A DNA stretch of 64,000 nucleotides, from positions 92,318,001-92,382,000 of the forward strand of contig OX597824.1 in assembly GCA_951406725.2 (NCBI GenBank). Direction: 5' to 3'. The stretch's first letter is position 1. Every line of letters starts with the position of its first letter. Of this stretch, positions 41,176 through 56,929 are shown piece after piece. The translations under genes were made by a program, and so were the position numbers. Source of the stretch: Octopus vulgaris (Eukaryota). Under the pieces are notes generated by a model. It was not told where the DNA came from. It worked only from the letters and a program-made list of their open reading frames with translations, and made no database searches.

Positions 41176-42292
41176 ATAGAAGAATAGAGAGTTTAAAAGG
41201 GACTTTTGTCTTTGGGTTATAATGAAGCAGACGTACTGAAATATGCGACACACACATATATGTGTGTGTCGTATGAAAATGTGTATTTGCTTGTATGCGT
41301 TTATAAGTTCTCGCGAAGAGAACCATTTATTTCGATTTTAGGTAGAGAGGGGCCACTTTAATGATGATTATTTAAAGATGAAAGTAGGTAGGTGATTAAC
41401 CTAAATATTTCTAGTATTCAGTATATTTTTGTTGCCTGACTTTCATAACTGGATGACGGCGGCTCTGGCGCACATGTTCAATGGATTGCCGCAACGTATA
41501 CAAAAATATATCCAAATATCACAATAAAATACTTATCTTATATGGGAATTAGTGAGGGAGATTGTAAGACAATGTTGTAACCAGGAAACGAAGTGGCTTC
41601 GGAGTCTCAGGTAAAAAATTCTAATTCGATTGAAAGGTCATAATGATAGCAATTTGGGAGTATATATGCGTGCAATATTCTTGCGAGAAACACGCGGAGC
41701 ATTGTCAGCAAAATTATTGAGGGAAAGAAAATTCTTCTGTAAACTTGACGTGCAATAAACCACCGTAGATACAGAATGATCCAGTATTTGATATATGTTT
41801 GTCACGGAACTCTGCAGCAAGGAACATACGTGACAAACTCTGGTGTGTAAAATGTCAAGAATGCGAAATTTTATGATCTATGATGACATTCTAAAAGTTT
41901 TACAGACCACGACGAAAACAGTGAAGACAGGCTGTCTTATTGGCTGGCGACAGCAACAAGATGTACCAGTGATGTACTCACAATACTGTGATTTTGTGCG
42001 GCGTAGAAAAAGAGTGATGTGACTTGCACACGTGACCTAAAGCTAAGTATGAAATTCGAAACTACTGGAGACAGATTTGGATAATCTTAATAATGCGTGT
42101 ACTCACGATTATGCATGTGTGAGGGCCAGAGAAAGACAGAGAAACATTGTGAAGGGCAGATAATGTAAACAGTTACTCTTCACACACACACATGCGCATA
42201 CAGAATATATATGTGTGTACAGCGTACACATGTGTGGCTGAATAAGCAATTATGTTTCTGCGTATACATGAGTGTATATATATATGTATATG

Positions 42293-42339
<47 letters not shown>

Positions 42340-42388
42340 GTGTACCTAGTCTTAGAAGATAAGAGAAAAAACAAGAAAGGAAAAAATA

Positions 42389-42442
<54 letters not shown>

Positions 42443-42639
42443 CATATATATATGCATATACACATAATATTCATACATGTGTGTATGCGTCTATGACTGT
42501 GTGAGTGTATATATCTCTCTCTATATATGTGTGTGTGTGTGTGTGTATGTGTATATATATATATATATATATGTCTCATTTATTTAGACTTCTGTACGTA
42601 GGATCACATGTTGACTTTTTTGCTTATCTTTGACTTACG

Positions 42640-44095
<1,456 letters not shown>

Positions 44096-44370
44096 CAACG
44101 ATGCCATCCTCATCTTCTTCGTCCTTGCCACATTCTCCTCCGCTTCACCCCTTTTCTGTATACACACTCTTCGACTAATCATCGCGGCCATTAACCATAC
44201 AATCAATATGAGCATCACCCCCATTATTATAATTAGCAAAGTCATTCATTACGGCAGTTAATCATAATACTTCGTATACCTCGAATTAATTTCTGATATG
44301 TTAATCACCAAATTACCGGATAGTCTTCTATCGATATATTTCTCAACTCCAGCTCATCAAGCGCCAGTCG

Positions 44371-45129
44371 TTATTATTACACTTCACATTTAGTTTCCCC
44401 ATGAACGGGCGCCTGTTTCTTTCAAACAGACTGTGGTGTAAATTTTGAGTATGACTTGACTCTTATTTCTAGGAGATCACGTTATGTAGTACAGTGTTCC
44501 ATGTAGCGTTAGTGACTGTTTTTGTCTCTCTACGTTGCAGGTAGGGGTTTGGCAGAATCGTTAGCACGCCGGGGGAAATGCTTAGTGTTATTTCGTCCGA
44601 CTCTGCGTTCTGAGTTCAAATTCTGCCGTGACCAACTTTGCCTTTCATATTTCGGGTTCGATAAATTCAGTACCTATTTCTTTATTACCCACAAGGGGCT
44701 AAACACAGAGGGGACAAACAAGGACAGACATAGGTATTAAGTCGATTACATCGACCCCAGTGCGTAACTGGTACTTAATTTATCGACCCCGAAAGGATGA
44801 AAGGCAAAGTCGACCTCGGTGGAATTTGAACTCACAACGTAACGGCAGACGAAATACCGCTAAGCATTTCGCCCGGCGTGCTAACGTATCTGCCAGTTGC
44901 GTACTGGGTTCGATCTATTCGACTAGACGACTCCTCGTAAATTTAAGGCCTGGTGCCTACAGTAGAAAGTATTATTACGATTCACTCTTAGTTTACCCAT
45001 GAACGGGCGCCTGTTTCTTTCAAAGAGGCTGTGGTGTAAATTTTCAGAATGATTTGGCTCTTATTTCTAGGAGATCACGTTATATAATACACTATTCAAT
45101 GTGGCGTTAGTTACTGTATCTCTATGTTG
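44371..45129. mobile_element. About 160-bp diverged direct repeat (44371-44537, 44970-45129) flanking a + strand SINE A interrupted by a younger - strand SINE A (44671-44897)
   Basis: ccatgaacgggcgcctgtttctttcaaa and tcttatttctaggagatcacgttat occur twice. The host SINE is split at agtacc|agttgcgtactggg. Confidence 0.8.
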
Positions 45130-45717
45130 AATTAATACTACCGCACAGCTATCCCCGCACCTATTCATATGTATATGAATTTATATGATGACGTCACCAG
45201 CACATGATTTTAAAAGGCACATCTTAAATAAAACACAATTTGACTTTTGAGGCGACAAGTGGCAGCCAAAACCGGCGCCGGTCAGGGAAACATGATTTGT
45301 TTTCGTTTCGTTTTTTAGAAAATATGATACGTTTGTTTTATAAAACTACTTTGGCCTACAGTTAGCATTAATTTTTAATCAATACATTTTTTTATGCATA
45401 TAGACATAACAATATTATGTGATGTTTTACTCTCCTATATCATGGTGTTGTTTGAGTAAAATTCAGCTGCTGGAACCGTATACAAATACTTTTAGAGGTA
45501 AAATGTTACATGAAAGGGTTTAGGACAAAAAGATATATTTTGATCTAGTCAAACAAATATATATATATATATATATGTATAAAAAATTAGCATGTTTCAC
45601 TCCTTATTAAATTTCCCTACATACATACATACCTACATCATAGACACACACACACACGCAGGCACACACACATACATACACACACATATATATATACATA
45701 TATGCATATATATATTT

Positions 45718-45789
<72 letters not shown>

Positions 45790-45861
45790 TATCTATGTAT
45801 GTATGTAAATATGCAAATATGTATATAATATACATTTCTCTCACTCTATGGATATATATCA

Positions 45862-45900
<39 letters not shown>

Positions 45901-46269
45901 ATATACATACACAAATATATATAAGCAGACAGACTTAATCAACAGACGGTCGAAAAAAATCTCACCAGCACGTCTATATCTCTCTCCCATATACTTTCAC
46001 TTTATTTAATACTGGACCTTCAATTACAATTTCCTTGTATGTTTAAACAATTTTGTTTCCAATTGATTTCTATGGTATTCCTTTCTGTCGCAACTCCTTT
46101 TTTCCAACGGTTTCTTTCCCTATATTTATACGTACAGATTTCAGCCTTCATCAAGTCAAATGTAAATTCATAAGCACCTTTATATTCTGATATTTTAAAT
46201 TTTGCTCCACATGGTGCAAAAAGTATTAAGGAGAAGAATATATATGTGTGTGCGTGTGCGTGTGCGTGC

Positions 46270-46301
<32 letters not shown>

Positions 46302-46302
46302 A

Positions 46303-48350
46303 CAGTAGAACGTGGCAGTATGAGGGAATCTTCGCACGTGTAATCTGCGCGCGCCGATGCGCGTGCGAACTTTTGTCTTGAGGTACGTACTAAAATCCGC
46401 AGTACGAGCGAGTTTTATACAAGCGACCTCTAGTTGGCGCTGAGCATGCACACACCCTCTCAAGGAGTGCAGTCTTCGCTCGCTCAGTTCCCGTATCTCG
46501 TTGTGCCAGCCATCCCTGTTGTGTTCACCCTAATGTATTTGTCTAGTTTCGTGCGTTTTTTTTGCTATTGTTTTATAATAATTAGTTGTGACAGCTATGG
46601 GTCCAAAGATTGTTAGTGCAAAGAGCAGCGCTGAGAAAAAAAAAATGATTACGATAGAAATTAAGAAGGAGATCATTGATAAACATGAGAGAGGAGTGCG
46701 TGTAGTGGACATAGGACGTCAATACGACCGAAGCATGTCAACGATCTGTAACATCCTGTATAAAATGGACGAGATCAAGGCTGTTGCTGCAGCAAAGGCT
46801 GTCTCCAGATTCTCTAAGCAAAGCACATCTGTCCGCGAAGGGATGGAAACATTGCTTCACCTGTGAATCAACGAGAAGCAACTCGCAGGGATACGATTAC
46901 ACAGACCATCATCTACGAGAAAGCACGTGCGCTGTATGGGGATCTCTTGAAACAGTGCTCTGGTACATCGACGGAGGAGACATCAGTAGTCATATTTCAG
47001 GCCAGCCGTGGTTGGTTTGATAATTTCAAGAGGAAGACTGTTGGACTGGTGTTCATACCCTCGTCATGAATGGAGGAGCAGCGAGTTCTAACACGAAGGT
47101 GGCTAATGGTTTCGTGCGTCAATTCCGTCAGCTCATCGCATCCGAGGGCTATTCAATTTTGATGAAAGTACACGATTTTGGAAAACAAATCGCCCAGAAG
47201 AACCTACATAATTGCAGAGGAGAAGAAAATGCCAGGCCACAAGCCTATGAAAGATAGGCTAACTCTCGCCCGTTGTGCCAATGCGAGTGGAGACTTGAAG
47301 ATTAAGCTGCTCTTAGTCTACCATTCCGTAAAAACTACGAGTTTCAAGTGGCACAAAATGCTGAAGGAGAAGCCGTAAATCATATGGAGGTCAAACCTTA
47401 AAGCCTGTGTCACCAGGCAATTATTCTCCAAGTGGGTCAGCCTTCTCTTCGGACCAGCAGTGAGAAAATATCTTCTGGAGAGCAATCTTCTTCTCCAGGC
47501 CCTCCTCATCCTCAATAATGCTCCTGCTCACGCTCCTGACCTCGAAGACGATATCCTGGACGAATTTAAATTTATAAAAGTTCTGTACCTTTATTTAGCA
47601 CCCCTATCTTGCAGCCCATGAACCAACAGGTGATTTCAAATTTTAAAAAATTGTAGACCAAACACCTCTTTCGTGAAGTTGCTGAAAATACAAATCTAAA
47701 CCTTCGTGAGTTTTGAAAGGAGCGCAAAAGCATTGTTAACTGCCTGAAAATCATCGGTGTGGTCTGACAGTGTAGCAGAGGACAAGGAAACGGACAATAC
47801 TATCTATACGAGTGACATAGAAGCAGTGTTGTCAAAGTGGCAGTGTATTCCTGAAGTTTTAGAAAAATATCATCCTGATAAAATAGCTACAGGTCGTGTA
47901 GCTGTTTCTTCGATGACACTGCTCTGGCGTATTTTCGTAACATTTTGAAATGGCAGGAAAAATCAGACTTCTCTTGGTATGTCTAGAATGAAATTTCATG
48001 TCCAAAAAGTCTAATTTAAGCGAAAAGAGAGAGAAAACTCTAGAAATTGTTCTTCTTAATACCTTACTAGAAGAAGAAATACTCTTTCCAAACAGTAATC
48101 CTCCTCCCCTCTGCTCTATTATCTTCCTCGAGCACTACTCGGCTCATCTTTTAAGGTAATTCAGTTAATAAAATCAGCTTACATATTTCTTTTAAATTCT
48201 CTCTTATATAATTGTCATTGTATTTGTAAATAAAGCTTTGCTGTTTGTGGGGTAGGCTGGAATGGATTAGTTATATTTTAGTTAATTTCAAAACTGATTT
48301 GAAAAACGAGTAAAGCGTAAGACGAGCTCCATCATGGAATGAATTAAACT

Positions 48351-48353
<3 letters not shown>
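46303..48353 (+). mobile_element. Tigger/pogo DNA transposon, near full length, right TIR lost in (TA)n
   Basis: cagtagaac left end; internal TIGD1-like transposase pseudogene; ends ggaatgaattaaactcg. Confidence 0.85.
46597..48098 (+). pseudogene. Tigger (TIGD1-like) transposase pseudogene: HTH_psq, CENP-B HTH, DDE_1
   Basis: MGPKIVSAK..KKMITIEIKKEII, FQASRGWFDNFKRK, PRRTYIIAEEKKMPGHKPMKDRLTL..CANASGDLKIK, ALLILNNAPAH, LQPMNQQVISNFK; broken by stops and frameshifts. Confidence 0.9.
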
Positions 48354-48413
<60 letters not shown>

Positions 48414-48606
48414 TTATGTTTACACACATACACATATATATATATAGATATTTATATATATATATATATGTATATATAAATATATATATCAATATATATG
48501 TATATATATATATGTATATGTCGAAAAATTTATATATATAAATGTGTGTATGTATATATATATATATATATATATGTACATTCATATGATCATGCATATG
48601 AGATAG

Positions 48607-48639
<33 letters not shown>

Positions 48640-48762
48640 AGAAGAAGAAGAAGAAGAAGAAGAAGAAGAAGAAGAAGAAGAAGAAGAAGAAGAAGAAGAA
48701 GAAGAAGAAGAAGAAGAAGAAGAAGAAGAAGAAGAAGAAGAAGAAGAAGAAGAAGAAGAAGA
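48354..48762. repeat. (TA)n, (GA)n and perfect (GAA)n microsatellites
   Basis: Direct inspection. Confidence 0.95.
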
Positions 48763-49396
48763 GTTGATGAGGGTGACGTAGCTGAAGAGAAAGCAACAAG
48801 GTTTGTTCGCTTCATGCGATCCTATACTCCCAGCTTGAATTCAAATTTATTATCGCTATTTCGTGTCGTAATTGGGCGGCGGAATTAATTGTACACAACC
48901 CAGGTGACCTGAATATTTAGAATAAGCAGTAATTCATTTGGTTATATCAATTGTACGAAATACATAGCCGTCCAGCTTCGGGGGAAATTTATCTGAAATC
49001 TATGTAATGCCATAAAACCAGTGATGGTGGGGAAAATTTTAAATTATATTTAACGCACTTTGTCGATCGCAATCACTGTCGATTTAAATTTCCCTACTCT
49101 TTATAACGATCATTATTGTTGCATCACTGAAAACCATATTTGCAATTCCTATTAGCGCTGGAATTGTATTTACAAGACCATTGCCAAAGTTACTATGCTC
49201 CCCCCATCGATACCCTTCATACCTTTCTCTTCTTTGTTGTGTACAGTTTCTATTCCTCCCAACATAACCGTCTCAGAACACAAGGTTACTAACTAACCAC
49301 TTAGTTAGTTTACAATAACTAGCTCAGAACATAGACACATACACGCACACAGAAACGCAAATACACACTGACATATACATGGATACATGGTGTATG

Positions 49397-49431
<35 letters not shown>

Positions 49432-49434
<3 letters not shown>

Positions 49435-49692
49435 CAATTGCAGCATGGAAGGTGTTTATAAGCCATTTACGAAACACGCAAAACCGTTAGATTCACTTCA
49501 ACATTTAAATTTAATTTGTCAAAATATTTTCGTCGCTTTGAGACCGCGACCTGTTCACTGACAAAACTTCGTGCTGCATCTCTGAGATGGATTATAAGCT
49601 GCATCTCTTAAATGGCTTATAAACAGTTTTCGTTCCAGCACACGATCTCAGATTAAGTCATTCGCTATGCAAGTACATCTCTGTAATATTTA
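49432..49692. mobile_element. TA-embedded short element with inverted arms and a hammerhead-like fold (49515-49565, minus)
   Basis: IR tgtttataagccattta / taaatggcttataaaca. Minus motif tttgtca-GTGAACA-G-gtcgc(ggtctcaaa)gcgac-GAAA-ata-TTT-tgacaaa. Confidence 0.65.
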
Positions 49693-49718
49693 TATATATA
49701 TATATATGCTCATATATT

Positions 49719-49771
<53 letters not shown>

Positions 49772-49774
<3 letters not shown>

Positions 49775-50064
49775 GGCGCATGGCTCAGTGTTTAGAGCGT
49801 CGAACTTACTATCGCGAGGTTGTAAGGTCGAATCCCGTACCGGGCTGTGTGTTGTGTTCTTGAGCAAGACACTTTATTTCACGTTGCTCAAGTTAACTCA
49901 GCCGTAGAAATGAGTTGCGACGCCACAGGTGCCAAGCTGTATCGGCCTCTTTGCCTCCCCCTTGGATAACATCGGTGGTGTGGAGAAGGGAGACCGGTGT
50001 GCATGGGTGGCTGCTGGTCGAAAGTAACTTACTAGGTGCAATCCCATAGTCATTCATGACCGAA
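49772..50064 (+). mobile_element. SINE family D (CORE-like)
   Basis: gaaggcgcatggctcagtg A-box, ggtcgaatccc B-box, gttgtgttcttgagcaagacact CORE-like segment. Confidence 0.8.
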
Positions 50065-50085
50065 TGTGTGTGCGTGTGTGTGTGT

Positions 50086-50118
<33 letters not shown>

Positions 50119-50154
50119 ACGGCGGTGCATAAGCATGGCCGCAGCTCTAAGCTG

Positions 50155-50235
<81 letters not shown>

Positions 50236-50285
50236 CGTACATAAATATTTATATGTATGTATGCATATCTATATATATATAAACC

Positions 50286-50321
<36 letters not shown>

Positions 50322-53300
50322 CATATATATACATATATATATATATACATGTATGTAAATATAGACATATATATGTATGTATGTATATATATGTATATTT
50401 ATATGTATATACATATATATGCATGTGTGTATGTATATGTATTACATACAACATACTCTCCCTTCGTTAGACGGTGTATGAGGCCTCAACAGTTTCTCAC
50501 CGAACAACCGCATACGAGTTTTTTTTCTATATAATGATCAAATCGACATTTACCTGAACACATGCACAGATGTCGAAACGATCGCAGAGCATATCTGAGT
50601 GTGCCTTCATGTATGCGTGTATGTGCGTGTGTGTATGTATATGTATATTACTTCTGTTAAGAAATTCCCCAGCCTTACCTGTCACCGTCTCCGTTTTATG
50701 GAACGTGGGGTTTAGTTTCTTATTATTCTTGCTAATGAGAAGCTGTATATAATATTTTCTTCTTATTTTCCATATAATGGTCATGAGTCCAACAAAAGAA
50801 AAACCAATCTTGTATCTCAGCTGCTGTCCATATCTGCGTGCGTTCTTCTCTAATTATCTCTGGGTTACAACTAACAGTCATTTTCATACACACTTCCATA
50901 ATGAAATTTTCAACGGAATTAATATCTCGGACGGTAAGATACAAGACATGTAAACCTAACACATCAATACTGCACAAAAGGCCAGAGATAACGCTCTCTG
51001 AAAACTACTAAATTATCGGCTAAGTCTCACTCAAATACTCTGAAGCTTAGAAGACGAATGAAAACATCAAATAAATGAGTCTTTATGTCTGCTTAATCAC
51101 GTGTAGTATGGAGTGAAAAGAACGGCAAAGGCAAAAAGCCGTAGGCTATATATTAGCTCCGCGAGGCGGGGGGCTCACTATTATTATATATATTTAAGAA
51201 GTCGAGGACACTACGCTTGCCACTATTCGTTTTGTAATTACCATCGTCTCCTTGGAACCAAGAACTCCCCATCGCCCGCGACAGTAGTACAGCTTTACTA
51301 TATGCAACGGCAGACAATCATATACTGCTAGAAATTAATGATACTTTCACACCGTGAGCGAATCTAACGAATCGACCCAACCATAGAACAATTTTTCCTA
51401 TAATTCACCTATTGCAGAAAGATCGAATTGCAATGTGCAAATTTTAAAACAGCTGACATTATAACGAGATAGTCATGACCACACAAGCAAAGTCGATAAT
51501 TAAATATCCTTAGAAAGCAGCAAAAATATATACATGGCCTCTATTGTTTTGGACACTCCTGTGCAGGATAATATTCCATAATAATCTTGTCCATTGTAAG
51601 CACGTGCCCAGCGTCTTTTTATTGCCATATTCCTTTAAAACACGTTAAAACAAAAACGCATTTAAAAAGATATTCCGCAAAATGATTGAAAGCTCTTGTA
51701 CTAATTCTAAGATTTTCTATATATCACTTTTTAACTACTGGGATTTCGATTACGACAGTTACTTTAAGGAAAGAATTAACTATGATAATCGCCATTTTAT
51801 TACAAAGCAGTGATTTGAACCATCGGTATTTGATCCAGTAATAGAATTCTAATCTTGTCGCTGTCAATTTTGCTCCTATATTTCAGGTAGTTGCAACAGA
51901 AAGTATCATCTTAGAGGTGGGTAATTAGCCTGGTTGTTATAACGTAGGATCTAAATTTTTGCGATATCCGTTCCACCTCTTTGGGTTCTCAGTTCCAATG
52001 GCGACATTGCGATCCATCTAGTAGTAGCAGCGCGGCAATATTTGGTGAATCGAAACGGTGATTGGAACAGCATTTTGATCATATAAAACATGAATTGTGA
52101 GACTACAGCGAAGAGAGATAAAGCAAGACAAAAGCAAAATGGCCGTCTTACTACAACCTGTTGTGTATTATATAAGTAATCACCATGTTTTTAATAAAAC
52201 AAAACGTCAGTATATTGCACACTGGTATTTTTATTTGTTAATAAAATGGTGTTTTTGAAGCTCACTGGTTATTGCTATTTTGTCCGTCACAAATGATTCA
52301 CAGGCCCTGTAATTAAAGACCTTATTCTCATATATCGGACTCACCGTTGTGTAGTGTATCACTGTCTTTTAATCTGTGCATATATTTGCGTGAATTTGTC
52401 TGATATTTTCTCTGGCATTTAGAACCACTATGTTTAGACTGTTTCATTGGTTTGATTCGATGACGTGGATTGATGATATAATAGTGAAAGGCAAAATTCT
52501 AAATTCTAAATTAGCAGTTCATCTAAAGATGGAAACTTGTCGATTAAAAACGACTCCTGGTATGTCGACTCTAGGACTGTGACCTAACGACCTTATAAAA
52601 GCAGGTTATCATTTATTAGCAGATATTATAAACGATTAAAACGGATTAGTATGTCTCGTGTTAATTCCTTACATTTATCTCTTTTTTCAGAGTAATACAT
52701 CATCTCAAGAAGCCTGAAGATCGTTCTTTTCTGAGAAAAGTATTCTTATGGCAGCGGACACAAAAATGCAATTACGATTATGCATACCTCGAAATATTCT
52801 CATATTCCTTAGAAAAATCCATGGATTACGAACAATATTCATTTAGCCTAATTACATATATATTAGGAAGGTGTTTTGTAAAAGATGTGCGTGTTTAACT
52901 TCTATATAACTCCCTTTATTATTATTTTCTCATATTATTTTTCTTGCGCATTGCTATGAAGTTCAAATTGGATTATTTTATGAATGGCAAGGCTGCAATA
53001 AATTCGAGGGAACAAAAAACTGGGTCAACTAAAGGTTGTATATGACTCTTTACATCATTTTATCGTATACGAATGAATTCATTATCTTGTATTTTATTTA
53101 GGAAATAATGAATACAGAATTTCTGTGCACTACTGCCTTCATGTGATATATCAGGAGAACGTTGATATGCTTGTTGTACAAGCAGCAAAATTAAACAAAA
53201 GCAAAAAGAAGTCAAGTATATTATCTGATTAACCAATGACGAATGGTCATGAACATTTTGCGTGACTATGTTTCTGGGAGGAGATTAACAAATTCAAAAT

Positions 53301-53366
53301 GTACATGAATTACGAAGTCTATATTACGTTGTAAAGAATATAAATATTTTTAAATCTCATGCCACA

Positions 53367-53810
53367 TCTGATCAATAAATATCGGGACTGTTGTGATGGT
53401 AACGGAGCGAAAGCGGGCGGAGTGAAGCCACTTGACACAGATTGTTCTTGAAGTCTGACGCACTAAGTTATGACGTTCTCTGTCACTTTTATTTGATATA
53501 GCAGTGGTTTGAAGTAAAGTGTGTTGAGTCTGGTCGTCTCAAAAAGAAGAGTGCTTCCGGCTGAACACTTCATTGTATCCAGGAAGACGAAAACAATTTC
53601 ATAATGTCATAGTAATAGACCTACATATCGTGGGTCTATGGCTATGACCCAGAAATGAAAGCAAAAATCATATCCTACTTGAAATAAGCAAGGTTTTAAG
53701 ACGTCGAGGAAGTCCAAGAGAATGCGATGAGATAGCTTCTCGCTGTCCCCAGAAAGAATCTTCAGGACTGCTTCCATCGATGGAAACCACATTGGATATG
53801 TATGACTTCA
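53367..53810 (+). mobile_element. Internally deleted mariner remnant
   Basis: Left end tctgatcaataaatatcgggactgttg is like 29214. Translation WVYGYDPEMKA and RF*DVEEVQENAMR*LLAVP...QDCFHRWK. Confidence 0.75.
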
Positions 53811-54352
53811 TTGCACACAAAACCCTCTCCTCCTACTGCAGTTCATTAAAGTAAGTGACAGAATTGGAATTTCTATGATGCGGTTCTTCATCGCATAGTT
53901 ATCTCCTATTAACTACGTACTACTTATGAAGAATCTGTTTGACATCGATCTTTTCACCTGTAGAATCCTAAATAAATCTTAAAATAGTTCCCATCAAATT
54001 CAGATGAATTATAGTTTTAACGACGGTTGTGAATTTCGACCACGTGAGCTGACATACAAGGTGACCATCAAGACATGATGCTAAATGACTGGCCTCGGGA
54101 AAGCGTTGATTGATGACAGCTATGAAATATCTTCTCAATTGTAGATGACTTATCTAAGATCCATTATTTAAAATGTCTTTATTTACACTTGCAATGTCAA
54201 ACAGATTTTGTTGCATTTAATCGCAAACCAAGCAAACATTTCAAGTCTTCCCTGCTGGTTCATGTCTCTCATTGATACCTGTTCCGAAATTGTGGGTTAA
54301 TTATACTGTCCATTGCTAATGATTATTGTTGTTCTGGTGAATATTATAAACA

Positions 54353-55270
54353 AAGGCGGCGAACTGGCAGAAACGTTAGCACGCAGGGCGAAATGTTTGG
54401 CGGTATTTCGTCTGCTATTACGTTGTGAGTTCAAATTCCACCGAGGTCGACTTATCCTTTCTTCCCTTTGAGGTCGATAAATTAAATTCCAGAGATGCGT
54501 CGGGCCGAACAAGAAGCGGTGTTTCCTGGAGCTACATAGAAGTAGCATTCTTCCCCTTTTGTAGGGCTGTCACAGTGGGTTGACAACATGCTGTCACTTT
54601 AATGAAAAATGCATATATATTTCATGAGGGATAAGTAATAGAAATATGTGAGAATCGTACAATAAAGTGGCATATAAGGTAATTATTGCAATGTAGTATC
54701 CGGATAAACCTGTGAAATTATTCTAAATCCATCAAAGAGATAAACAAATGGGAATCTCAATAATGAGAAAACGTTCTTTGTTTTTATGCAGAGAAAAGTG
54801 TTTTTATTCTTCAGTGAATATTCATATTATATAAAAACTGTTGGCAATATCAGGAAACGAAGGCCGTCATGGTTAGTGAGTTGATCTTCCAAAAATTACA
54901 AATACACCTTCTTTAAATCACATATCACCGTCTCAAAACCGAGAGCAGGCGTAAGATCCTGGAAGGATGAAACGCAAAGTCGACCCCGGTGGCAATTGAA
55001 CTCAGAACGCACAGACGGACGAAATGTTGGTAAGCGTTTCACCCGGCATATTAATGATTCTTCCAGCACATCGCCTTCATGAGATAGTGATTTCAAGTTA
55101 TGGCACAATGCCAGCAGTTTCCGGGGAGTAGTAAGTCGATTACACCGACCACCGTGCTCAAATGATACGTATTTCATAGGAAAAAGAGTAAAGTCGACCT
55201 CAACGGAATTTGAACTCAGAACGTACTGACGGAATGACGCTTATCAATTTGCCAAGTGTGCTAACGATTG
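54353..55270. mobile_element. SINE family A fragments: + 54353-54490; - 54955-55080 and 55085-55270
   Basis: Head and B-box homology to the family A consensus. Confidence 0.75.
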
Positions 55271-55539
55271 AGCCTGCACGTCACTTTGAGGAGTCGGCGT
55301 AGGATATTATTGTCAGTAACAAAATGGCTGAAAATAAAATCACCAGCAAACACAGAAGCGAGCGTTTATTTGTGGAGCAAATATGTTTGTTCATACATGC
55401 GGTCGATTAAAAGTGGCGTGAGGGTAAGTAATAATGGTATCAACAAATATATACGATAAGCTATGCCACCAACCATGAAACAATATTATGTATACTGGAA
55501 GTAATACGAAATCATAAGGCAATGTAATAAAACTATACA

Positions 55540-55760
55540 ACGAACAGATGTCTATATACTGTAGGTATTATACAGAATGGCGAATGCAGTTAAGCTTATA
55601 TGTATTTGGGTATAAATGTCATTTAAGAAGAAACGGAGAATGAAGTCACGTAAAAGAAAATGTTCAGACACGAGAATGGGAAACATTGCTGCAAGGACAG
55701 TTTATCAGGCAAATAGAAAACAGGGAAAAAAAGACCGATAGGTTTGACAGGATTTCGGAA
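55540..55760 (+). pseudogene. Possible decayed R4-type RT fragment
   Basis: AYMYLGI (cf. YKYLGI) and WETLLQGQFIRQIE (cf. WxxKxLHGQFxRQ). Confidence 0.35.
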
Positions 55761-56062
55761 GATTTATGAGGGAAATTGAAAATCCTTATGGCAAAGAACA
55801 ACCCATTAGTCGATCGTTGACGCAAAACCTGATATGTGCAACGAGACTTTGTGATGTATTTGTCAAATAAATTAATGTACCATTCATATAATATGCGAAT
55901 GCTACAAGTTTTTCACAAAGAGATTTTAACAGTTAAATTGACAGAGAAGAAAATAGTTAACTCCGAGATTAGTGAAATGAGAAATAGTCGAAAATCGGTT
56001 AATGGGATCAGCTGGAAAAAATATTATAAGGTTGCGTGAATTTTCTCATCGCATAACATCGT

Positions 56063-56099
<37 letters not shown>

Positions 56100-56929
56100 T
56101 TGATAGGAAGAAATGACAACTACAATATTTAAGGCCACAAAGTTTTTGTCATCGTATTCAATATCGGAATTGAGGTCACAGGCGTATAAAGAAAATAAGT
56201 TAGGTGATCAACGCCATGAATGTAGAAATAATGTCTGAGATGATAAACAGGTTTCCGCAAATATTTGGAAGGCAACGGTGTTATATTTTTTTAAAGTGAT
56301 ACCGATGAAGTTCCCACAAGAAAACTTGTTAGAAAGATACAGTTTTCTCATTAAATATCGCCTTATGAAGATTTTAGGAAAATAGTTATAAATATATATT
56401 TACAGCGACAAAATGGCGATAACATTTCCAATCACACCTCAGCAAACATCAATATATCACTTGATGGTCTACTACAGGGTGTAAATTGGAAAACAAATCA
56501 AACGGCAAATGTTGTGGAGAGACGATAGCGAACAGAGAATAAGGAGTATAGAAAAGCATGAAATTGGCATGCCCTAGAAGGCAGACACCTATAAATGTCG
56601 ATCAAGAAGTTCCACAGACCCAACTCTTAACTGAATACAAAGAATAAATTGTCTGTCTCCCTACAGCGGTGTCTGACACAGAGTAAACCCATTCATCACA
56701 GAAATACACACTACGCCTTTCAGCAACATAGCAAATTTATTGATCGACAGCTCATGACATATCTCCTACTTTTTATTTTCACTTTCCTCTTTAAATGGAA
56801 ACTGAGATTCGTAATGAGGGCCTTGCCGGTGAAGGTAGTTTAAGCCAGTTTTACTCTTGTTTAGCAACACATTTCTCCAACCGCACAATAGTACATAATT
56901 ATTTTCTGTTGTCTGAATGCAAAGCAGTG

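Noticed and set aside
41450-42060. Possible decayed RTE/L2 endonuclease region
   Set aside because: Only vague motif echoes (NTRSIVSKIIE); too weak to call.
52180-52251. AT-rich hairpin containing TATTGCAC (miR-92 seed)
   Set aside because: The seed lies in the loop rather than an arm, and the remaining sequence does not match miR-92.
52691-52870. Strong + acceptor (tctcttttttcag) followed by an open frame of about 60 codons
   Set aside because: No recognisable protein, weak donor and no partner exons; expected by chance.
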